DNA from: a virus
Taxonomy: Duplodnaviria > Caudoviricetes
Virus record (IMG/VR): IMGVR_UViG_3300016466_000012
Span: 1 to 41,840 of that record
Direction: 5' to 3' (one strand)
Length of the DNA stretch: 41,840 nucleotides
In this document: positions 34,857-41,840 of the stretch, piece by piece
How positions within the stretch are numbered: the stretch's first letter is position 1
Layout of the letters: the number at the start of each line of letters is the position of its first letter
Translations under genes and position numbers: made by a program
The notes under the pieces: model-generated
What the model was told of the DNA's origin: nothing
What the model saw: the letters and a program-made list of their open reading frames with translations, nothing else
The model's database searches: none

Positions 34857-34963
34857 GGAATAGTTATGCCACCCATTCTATCTGCCTTTGGCTCACTGTC
34901 TCCGCGAGGATTCGGCCTGTTTACTGCTGCTGGTGGAATCACGCCCACCGTGGAATACCTAGT
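34840..34963 (+). repeat. 124-bp exact direct repeat, copy 2
   Basis: Identical to 1-124. Confidence 0.95.
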
Positions 34964-35711
34964 TGTTGCTGGTGGGGGGGGCGGGGGTAACAGTTACGCT
35001 GGCGGTGGTGGCGGCGCTGGTGGGTTTAGGACCGCCACTAACTACTCTGTTGCCACAGGTGTTGCGTATACCGTGACCGTTGGCGGCGGTGGCGTTGCTG
35101 CCGCCAGCGGAAGCAATTCTGTCTTTCACACGATTACCTCTACAGGCGGCGGTCGCGGCGGAAGCTATGGCAGCACCGGTCCAGCAAGCGGTGGATCGGG
35201 CGGCGGCGCTAACTATAACAGCGGAAATACCGGCGGCACCGGAACCAGCGGGCAGGGTAATGCCGGTGGTGATTCAATCCCTGGCGGCGGCGGCGGCGGC
35301 GGCGGAGCAAGTGCGGCTGGCGCAAACGCAACAAGCGCAGAAGCAGGTGATGGCGGCAACGGCACCGCGTCATCAATCAGTGGCTCATCGGTAACTTATG
35401 CGGGCGGCGGCGGCGGCGGGTTTCAAACTGGGTATGCCGGCAGCGACCCCGGAGAGGGCGGATCAGGCGGTGGTGGCGCTGGGGCGGCAACTGGCGGCGG
35501 CACCGGGGGCGCTGGTTCGGCTAATTCTGGTGGTGGCGGCGGTGGTTCAAGTGATGTTGGAACAGGCGGCGCTGGCGGTTCCGGCATCGTCATTATCCGG
35601 TATCCAGACACCTATTCCGCCGCCGCATCTACTACCGGCTCGCCGACAATTACAGTGTCTGGCGGGTATCGTATTTACAAGTGGACAGGCTCTGGCTCCA
35701 TCACGTTCTGA
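34866..35711 (+). CDS. Glycine-rich tail adhesin-like protein, allele B
   Basis: Same N-terminus and near-identical C-terminal ~45 aa as 27-911; different loops between the Gly runs. Confidence 0.75.
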   Translation: MPPILSAFGSLSPRGFGLFTAAGGITPTVEYLVVAGGGGGGNSYAGGGGGAGGFRTATNYSVATGVAYTVTVGGGGVAAASGSNSVFHTITSTGGGRGGSYGSTGPASGGSGGGANYNSGNTGGTGTSGQGNAGGDSIPGGGGGGGGASAAGANATSAEAGDGGNGTASSISGSSVTYAGGGGGGFQTGYAGSDPGEGGSGGGGAGAATGGGTGGAGSANSGGGGGGSSDVGTGGAGGSGIVIIRYPDTYSAAASTTGSPTITVSGGYRIYKWTGSGSITF

Positions 35712-35719
35712 GGTTACGT

Positions 35720-36085
35720 ATGGCTCACTTCGCACAACTCGACGAAAACAACGTGGTGACACAGGTCATCGTCGTCCACAACAACGAGTGCCTTGATGCC
35801 GACGGCAATGAGTCCGAGAGCGTAGGTGTGGCATTCTGCCAATCACTTTTTGGAGGTAACTGGAAGCAAACCTCCTACAACAGCAACATCCGCAAGAACT
35901 ACGCTGGGATTGGTTACGCCTACCACGCTGACATTGATGCATTCGTGCCGCCGAAGCCCTATGCATCTTGGGTATTGAATTCAAGTACGGCACAATGGGA
36001 AGCGCCAGTTGCTATGCCTAATGATGGTGAGCGCTATACCTGGGATGAAGCAGCTCAAGCCTGGGTGCAAGTGGAGGTCGCGTAA
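35720..36085 (+). CDS. Conserved phage tail-associated protein (MAHFA-type), copy B
   Basis: Paralog of 1750-2115; GAGG RBS before ATG 35720. Confidence 0.75.
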   Translation: MAHFAQLDENNVVTQVIVVHNNECLDADGNESESVGVAFCQSLFGGNWKQTSYNSNIRKNYAGIGYAYHADIDAFVPPKPYASWVLNSSTAQWEAPVAMPNDGERYTWDEAAQAWVQVEVA

Positions 36086-36426
36086 TGGGTATTCAAGCCT
36101 TTGCCCAGATGGGCAACACCGTAAAGCTGACCGCAGCCACTACAGCTCCAACACCCGTGCAATGCACTGGCAAAACGTTGGGTGGCAACCAATATCGCGT
36201 AGTCAACATCAGCAGCACCGTGGCGTATCTTGGCTATGGCACTGATGCTGCTACCGCTACAGCCAATGCTGTGATTCCTACTGGCGCTGGCGCCAATTCT
36301 GTTTTCTGTTTGGTGCTGCTTGGTGGCACCGATGAAATCCTTTCCTTTGTGCCGAATGCGTACTTTACGGCCAAGACCGCAGCCGGCACGGCTGATCTGT
36401 TTATCTGCCCTGGCGATGGGCTGTAA
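36085..36426 (+). CDS. Hypothetical virion protein
   Basis: TAATG-coupled; beta-rich; ends PGDGL. Confidence 0.65.
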   Translation: MGIQAFAQMGNTVKLTAATTAPTPVQCTGKTLGGNQYRVVNISSTVAYLGYGTDAATATANAVIPTGAGANSVFCLVLLGGTDEILSFVPNAYFTAKTAAGTADLFICPGDGL

Positions 36427-36436
36427 GGAGTGAGCC

Positions 36437-37138
36437 ATGCTCAAGGTTGTAGCGTCACTCGGAGCGACTAGCGGCGCACTGTCGTACCAAGGCACCTGGG
36501 ACGCTGCGACCAACAATCCTGCGCTTGTATCAAGCACGGGCACTCAAGGCTACTACTACGTTGTCTCTGTAGCTGGCAGTACTAACCTTGATGGCATTAC
36601 GGACTGGCAGGTCAACGATTGGGCCATCTTCAATGGCACGACTTGGCAAAAGATAGACAACAGCGATCTAGTGCAGTCGGTCAACGGCCAGACAGGCGTT
36701 GTTGTTTTAACCGCAGCTAACGTCGGGGCTACGCCAAACACAACCTACGTCAATGTCGGCACCGGCCTGTCAGGCGGCGGTCAGCTCGTTGGTAATGTCA
36801 GCGTTGCGTTGGCTAACACTGCGGTGACTGCTGGTACTTATGGCGATGCAGCCAATGTTGCGCAGGTTACTACTGACGCTCAAGGGCGGTTGACTGCTGC
36901 ATCGAACGTAGCAATCTCGATTCCTAGCACCCAGGTAACTGGCCTGGGCACTATGGCTACTCAAAATGCGTCGAACGTAGCAATCACGGGCGGCACTTTG
37001 ACTAGCAACGTCAATTTGACTGGCAACACATCCAACACGGCGACGTTTGCCACAGATTCTCTACCTTTGGTGCCCGAGGGCTATGTAGAAATTCAAGTTG
37101 GTGGCTCAACCAAGAAAATTCCTTACTACGGTGTGTAA
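36437..37138 (+). CDS. Tail-fibre-like protein
   Basis: YQGTWDA, WQVNDWAIFNGTTWQKID, VQSVNGQTGVVVL, DAQGRLTAAS, GLGTMATQ; AAGGAG RBS. Confidence 0.7.
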   Translation: MLKVVASLGATSGALSYQGTWDAATNNPALVSSTGTQGYYYVVSVAGSTNLDGITDWQVNDWAIFNGTTWQKIDNSDLVQSVNGQTGVVVLTAANVGATPNTTYVNVGTGLSGGGQLVGNVSVALANTAVTAGTYGDAANVAQVTTDAQGRLTAASNVAISIPSTQVTGLGTMATQNASNVAITGGTLTSNVNLTGNTSNTATFATDSLPLVPEGYVEIQVGGSTKKIPYYGV

Positions 37139-37395
37139 TGGACGCGCAATCAATCATCAATCTGGCGTTTGGAGCCATCGGAACGCTGTTTGGGTGGGTT
37201 CTCAAGGTGGTCTGGGACTCTGTTAGCGCTCTGCAAGCCGAAACCAAGCAAATCAACAAGGATTTGCACGCTCACTACGTCCGAAAGGACGACTTTAGGG
37301 ACGTTATGAGCGAACTGCGCGAGGAAATGCGTGAGATGCGCTCTGTGCTCACCAGAATCTTCGATAAGCTCGAAAACAAGGCGGATAAGCCGTGA
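37138..37395 (+). CDS. N-terminal TM plus coiled-coil protein
   Basis: IINLAFGAIGTLFGWVL, YVRKDDF, IFDKLENKADK. Confidence 0.65.
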   Translation: MDAQSIINLAFGAIGTLFGWVLKVVWDSVSALQAETKQINKDLHAHYVRKDDFRDVMSELREEMREMRSVLTRIFDKLENKADKP

Positions 37396-37739
37396 ACGTA
37401 GACACTCTGTCCATCGTCCAGTGGGGCGATCCAGAGTCTCTAGGCGAGTTTTTGTTCGAGAATGGGGTACAGCACAGGCTGTTCCAAGAGTACCTGTTAG
37501 ACGACAATGTGGTGGTTCCACGCTATCCGTTGATTGATCTGGACTTGTCAAACATCGACGATTGGCTGCTATTGCATCAAGTAGAGCACCAGGCGTTTGC
37601 TGCGGCTCTAGGACTGGACAATCCGTTCAACATGCTAGACACAGATTGGCGTATCGAATCGGACTTCTATGACTGGATTGCCAACCATCTTTCGATTCAC
37701 AAGCAAATCATTGCTGCGTTAGGCATCTCCTCCACATAG
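37392..37739 (+). CDS. Hypothetical phage protein
   Basis: GTGA-coupled; repeated W...H...H pattern. Confidence 0.65.
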   Translation: MNVDTLSIVQWGDPESLGEFLFENGVQHRLFQEYLLDDNVVVPRYPLIDLDLSNIDDWLLLHQVEHQAFAAALGLDNPFNMLDTDWRIESDFYDWIANHLSIHKQIIAALGISST

Positions 37740-37776
37740 GAAAATGTATTGCTGCGGTGCAGCATAGAAGGACAAG

Positions 37777-40700
37777 GTGAATGTGATGGCGACTGCTCCG
37801 AAACCATTGGTTTACTCGTTGGCAAATGCGCGATTGGCGGCCAACAAGCCCAAGGCCACCGCAAAAGATTTGGCGCGTGAACTGGGTGCTGCCATCTACG
37901 ACACAGAAGGCAAGGTTACTGCGCCTAGCAACTTTTCGTTTGAGCAGTTTGATAAGGCCGTTCAAGAACTCACGAAGTTGCGTGATCCTGCGCAACAACA
38001 ACTCACGTCTCTGCAGGCACAGCGCGAAGCCATCTTGGCTGAAGCTCCGACAAAGCGTGTGCAGTCGCAGACATTCCCTTACCAAATGGTGTCGCAAAAG
38101 GTTCCGACGGCTGAGCAAGCCGCACGCATTCGTGAGCTTGATGCGCAAATAGCGCCTCTATACAGCGCTTCTCTTGCTCCTGCTGGGATTGCTGGGATGG
38201 GAGGCGCTGCGCAACCGACAATGACTGTGCGTGGCGAAGTCTCAGCATTGTCTTCTGCGGTTAAAAACGCGCAGGATCAACTCAACAAGAAAGCAAACAC
38301 GCAAGAAGGTGTAGAGCGCTCTCAGCTTAGCCGCATCCACCGCGCTGAACTCGAGGCAATTCAAATCTTCGGCAAGAAGGCCGGTCTTTCAAAGCAAGAG
38401 ATTGCAGACTTGGTTGCTGCAGAAACGCAAGCCAACAAAACTGAGCTTGCTGATCTAAAGAAAAATCAGTCTGCAGCTGGTTATCAAAGCGCAGCCAAGG
38501 CATCCAGTCCGATGTCAGACGCAGAGCGCGGTCAATTCTTAGAGGCAATTCGGCAGACTTCTTTCTTGCAAGACCTGTTCCGCGAAAACGGTGTGCCTCC
38601 CGATCAGCAGTTGGCGGCAACTCAACGTTACTACGAACTTGCAACGCCGAAAGATCAGCAGTACCAAAAGCAATTTGAAGTCTTGCAATCGTCGCGTTCG
38701 TTTGCCGATCGGCTGCCAGATGCTGCGCGCACATTGGATGCGGGTATTGCGCTTGCTGACAGGCTAGGCATTCCAACCAGCTACATGCAAGGCAAAACCA
38801 CAGTTGGTATGGACTTATTGAATCTTGGTCTTGCTGATACCAGTCGAGATGCACAAGGCAACTTTGTCGTTACTGATGACATTCGTTTTGGTGATGAGTC
38901 ACCTCGCACAGCTCCACAGTTTGTGAAGTATCTGAATGCCATCAAGAGTGAGTTTGAAAACCCGAGCATTAGCAACAAAGCCAAAACGCTCTACACGCTT
39001 GAAGATGGCACTCGTGTTGTTACTGATCGTGTAACTAGCGGTATCAAAGGTGATGTGCAGGGCACTTTCCTTGTGCGTCCTGATGGCGTTGTGTCTTATC
39101 TTGGGGCCGCGCCAAATATCACACCGACTGGTGGTGGCGGTCTTGGTGGATTCCTGAAGAAGATTGCGCCTTTTATCAGCATTGCGCTGTCTTTCATTCC
39201 TGGTATGCAGCCTTTGGCATTGGGCAAGAGTCTGCTAGCTAAGATTGGCATCAACCTTGCTGATGATGTCATTGGCCAAATCGTTGCTCGAGCTGTTGGT
39301 TCAGCAGCAGTTCAGTTTCCGCTTTCTGGGGGCGACTTCAACAGAACATTTCGTGCTGCCTTGATTGGTGGTCTTGCACCTGTTGTTGGAGAGCGCGTTG
39401 CAGGTTATGTGCGTACCGCCTTGCCTGCTGACATGGCTGCTGATACAGCAACTCGTATTGCTGCTAACGTTGGTTCTGCTGCTCAGAATGCGTTTGTCGC
39501 CGGTGTTGCTGGTGGCAACGTAGAAGACATTTTGTTTGGCGCTGCTAGTGGCGTTGTGGGGCAAGAAACGTTTCGCGCCTTGGCAGCCAATGGTGTGAAC
39601 GTAAACACCGCTGCCATCATCGGCACAGGCGTTGGCAATGTTGTGAATGACATTGCTGCTGGCGTTGATCCGTTACTCAGCATTGCTGGCTCAGTTGGTG
39701 ACGTGGCTGCTGCTGCCGCACAAGGTGGTGGGCAAGCTGCTCAACAAGGCGATGAAGCACCGCCTCCACGCCCGTTTGGTGCCGATCGTGTTGTCAGCGT
39801 TGATGACATCGACACGTCTGGATTCCGGCGTACTGGTTTGCAAATTTCCGGCCCAGAAGATTTGTCTCCTGCTGCTTTGGCTGCGGCTGAAGCTAGATCG
39901 CGGCAAGTTTCTGAAGGAACGATTGACGCAGCTTATGTACGCCCTGATGGCAAGCGTGTGCTTGTTATGGGCATGGGTGAAGAAACTGCTGCAGGTCCAA
40001 GTGGTACTGGCCGTGCGCCTACAGGCTCCATGTTTGTTGAGGTGGCGCCAGGCCAATACCGAGAGTTCCGTTATGGCCCTAGCGGAGAGGTTGTTGCTGA
40101 ACAAGGCTTGCGCAATATCAGCGATGCCACGGTCAATAACGCACGAACAATCGGCACGATTGATGATGAAGGGCGTGTAGGGGCAGAAGGTCGCTTGACT
40201 CAGTTTGAGCCGACTGGTGGTGCAACTAAGTTTTTTGGGGAAGCCGTTCCTGCCGCACAAGATGTTCAGCGCTTAATCGCTTTGAGCCAACCTCGAGTGC
40301 CGGTAACGCAAGCGCCGACTGGCAACGTGGCTATCAGCACTGGACAAGTGCAAGGTGATGCCAATGCCATATCCAACATCACCTCTGACATTCTGAACTT
40401 AATCAGTGGCAACGTCTCTGCGACTGGTGGAGAGCAAGGCAACGCAACAGGCAACGTGTCGATTTCCACAGGTGACGCACAAGGCAATGTCGCGGCCAAC
40501 GTGGCTGGTCCTAGTGGAGACGTTACTGGCCCTAGTGGCAACGTGACTATTAGCACAGGCGATGCGCTAGGCAATGCGGCTGGAAACGTTGCCGGTCCTG
40601 GTGGCAATGTTGCCATTGGCAATGTTGCTGGTGAGGCAGGAAACGTAGTTATTGGCACTGGTGGTGGACTTGGCAATGTAAGCGCAAACGTAGCCGGTCC

Positions 40701-41133
40701 CGGTGGTGGTGATGAAGATGTTGTGGTGTCGGAGTTGGATCGCATCCTTGATTTGATTCGTGAGGATATTGGTCAGCCTGCACCTCCGCCACCGCCACCG
40801 TTTGAGGCTCCGCCGCCACCTCCGCCGCCACCTCCGCCGCCACCTCCGCCGGATGAAGGCCCGAAACAACCTGACAAAAAAGAGATTCTTGATCCTAATC
40901 AAAAGAAACTTGACGATGACATCATGCGTTTGATTCAGATCAGCCCGAATGTCACAGGTGAGCAAGCGGTGATTACGCAGGAAGAACCTGGCGGTGTTCG
41001 CTATGGCGGTGGTGGTGGTTTGATTAGTAGCGAAGAGGCTGATTTGAGCGCACTATTCGGCGGGAAGCCCGAAGAGTTGCAAGATGTTTGGAATCAAGCG
41101 TCTTTGCGCTTGAGAAACGCACTGGGGATTTGA
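37777..41133 (+). CDS. 1118-aa putative virion/ejection protein
   Basis: Long ORF with Gly/Ala hydrophobic core, GNV repeats and a poly-Pro tract. Confidence 0.65.
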   Translation: MNVMATAPKPLVYSLANARLAANKPKATAKDLARELGAAIYDTEGKVTAPSNFSFEQFDKAVQELTKLRDPAQQQLTSLQAQREAILAEAPTKRVQSQTFPYQMVSQKVPTAEQAARIRELDAQIAPLYSASLAPAGIAGMGGAAQPTMTVRGEVSALSSAVKNAQDQLNKKANTQEGVERSQLSRIHRAELEAIQIFGKKAGLSKQEIADLVAAETQANKTELADLKKNQSAAGYQSAAKASSPMSDAERGQFLEAIRQTSFLQDLFRENGVPPDQQLAATQRYYELATPKDQQYQKQFEVLQSSRSFADRLPDAARTLDAGIALADRLGIPTSYMQGKTTVGMDLLNLGLADTSRDAQGNFVVTDDIRFGDESPRTAPQFVKYLNAIKSEFENPSISNKAKTLYTLEDGTRVVTDRVTSGIKGDVQGTFLVRPDGVVSYLGAAPNITPTGGGGLGGFLKKIAPFISIALSFIPGMQPLALGKSLLAKIGINLADDVIGQIVARAVGSAAVQFPLSGGDFNRTFRAALIGGLAPVVGERVAGYVRTALPADMAADTATRIAANVGSAAQNAFVAGVAGGNVEDILFGAASGVVGQETFRALAANGVNVNTAAIIGTGVGNVVNDIAAGVDPLLSIAGSVGDVAAAAAQGGGQAAQQGDEAPPPRPFGADRVVSVDDIDTSGFRRTGLQISGPEDLSPAALAAAEARSRQVSEGTIDAAYVRPDGKRVLVMGMGEETAAGPSGTGRAPTGSMFVEVAPGQYREFRYGPSGEVVAEQGLRNISDATVNNARTIGTIDDEGRVGAEGRLTQFEPTGGATKFFGEAVPAAQDVQRLIALSQPRVPVTQAPTGNVAISTGQVQGDANAISNITSDILNLISGNVSATGGEQGNATGNVSISTGDAQGNVAANVAGPSGDVTGPSGNVTISTGDALGNAAGNVAGPGGNVAIGNVAGEAGNVVIGTGGGLGNVSANVAGPGGGDEDVVVSELDRILDLIREDIGQPAPPPPPPFEAPPPPPPPPPPPPPPDEGPKQPDKKEILDPNQKKLDDDIMRLIQISPNVTGEQAVITQEEPGGVRYGGGGGLISSEEADLSALFGGKPEELQDVWNQASLRLRNALGI
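40808..40851 (+). repeat. 12-bp tandem repeat encoding poly-Pro
   Basis: CTCCGCCGCCAC three times plus an 8-bp partial copy. Confidence 0.85.
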
Positions 41134-41134
41134 C

Positions 41135-41840
41135 ATGGCACTTGGTCGCTCACTCAAAACGAATCTGTCCACGATGGCGCAGTTGGTAGCTAGTGCTGGC
41201 CGTCGTGGTGACACCATGCTCGCGCACATCACTCCACAAGAAGCTGAGATGCTCCGAGCATCTGGTGGCGCTGGAACCGTCAATCCCGACACCGGCCTGC
41301 CGGAGTTCTTTGACGGTGGCAAGACGACATTCTTTGGAGGTCCAGGCGAATCAGTGCGGGAAACGTATTATCAGTCTGACGCGCCGATGTTGGACTATTC
41401 CAACGTAAACGTTGGTGTTAGTCCTGTGCGTGGTCTCGGTACAGTTTTCACGCCCGAACTTGAGGCGTACATGAGTCGCGGTTTTGGGCCTAGCCAAGTA
41501 GAAGCGCCCTCGTTCCCCTCCTCAGTCGAGGCCGCCGCGCCGGCCCCTTTTTCTACGGTAGGTGTTCCACAAGGTCAATTCATTACCGCACCCGAGGCTA
41601 TGCCCTCGTCGTTTGCGCCTCCTATGCCTGACATCAGTGGTGGCGGCCCCGCCAAACCGCAAGAGCCTGGTGCTGGGCAGAAAATATTGGATCGGTTGAA
41701 CCAGTTGGATGACTTCCTCAAATCCAACCCGATGCTTGCTCGCGCCATTGGTGCTGGCTTGCCGGCTCTAACGGGTGCTTTGTTGAGCCGTCGTGCTCAA
41801 CGTCAAGCTGAAGATGTCGAGCGTCGTCTTGGTCAACTAG
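41135..41840 (+). CDS. Putative internal virion protein, truncated by window end (not in ORF track)
   Basis: Open to the end; GRRGDTMLAHITPQEAEMLRASGGAGTVNPDTGLPEF. Confidence 0.75.
   Translation, partial: MALGRSLKTNLSTMAQLVASAGRRGDTMLAHITPQEAEMLRASGGAGTVNPDTGLPEFFDGGKTTFFGGPGESVRETYYQSDAPMLDYSNVNVGVSPVRGLGTVFTPELEAYMSRGFGPSQVEAPSFPSSVEAAAPAPFSTVGVPQGQFITAPEAMPSSFAPPMPDISGGGPAKPQEPGAGQKILDRLNQLDDFLKSNPMLARAIGAGLPALTGALLSRRAQRQAEDVERRLGQL

Noticed and set aside
1-34963. 124-bp repeat as attL/attR of a prophage
   Set aside because: No integrase; the repeat lies inside tail genes and both flanks are phage structural genes.
35283-35420. GGC runs as a functional DNA repeat
   Set aside because: Explained by polyglycine coding.
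27-35711. Two Gly-rich gene copies as the template and variable repeats of a diversity-generating retroelement
   Set aside because: No reverse transcriptase is present; the differences include indels and all base types rather than adenine-specific changes.
1-41840. Stop-codon reassignment or a modified-base (e.g. dZ) pathway
   Set aside because: TAA, TAG and TGA all end well-formed genes; no PurZ, polymerase or base-synthesis genes were recognised.

Overview
The window is tailed-phage DNA. Bases 1-34839 read as one complete, circularly closed ~34.8-kb podovirus-like genome: bases 1-124 recur exactly at 34840-34963. It has a leftward early operon (Sak3-like annealase, YqaJ exonuclease, SSB, MazG-like pyrophosphatase, glycosyltransferase, many small ORFs) and a rightward middle operon (SF4 helicase, NinB, Ref-like HNH, DUF3310, resolvase, Q-like antiterminator). 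The late operon encodes small basic proteins, an acetyltransferase, a methyltransferase, terminase, P22-like portal, scaffold, capsid, tail and ejection proteins, a Gly-rich adhesin-like protein, a 2OG-Fe(II) oxygenase and a SAR endolysin/Rz/Rz1 lysis cassette. I recognise no integrase, repressor, DNA polymerase, primase or replication initiator. After base 34963 the sequence runs into a second allele of the Gly-rich gene and then into virion genes that look like those of a different phage (assembly chimera or recombinant). The most unusual element is a ~390-nt ORF-free, promoter-driven, densely base-paired region (12518-12900) containing two competing 22-24 bp helices. It is separate from the late promoter/terminator pair that follows it. 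A Gram-negative, probably betaproteobacterial, host is inferred. All family assignments come from motif recognition by eye; no searches were run.
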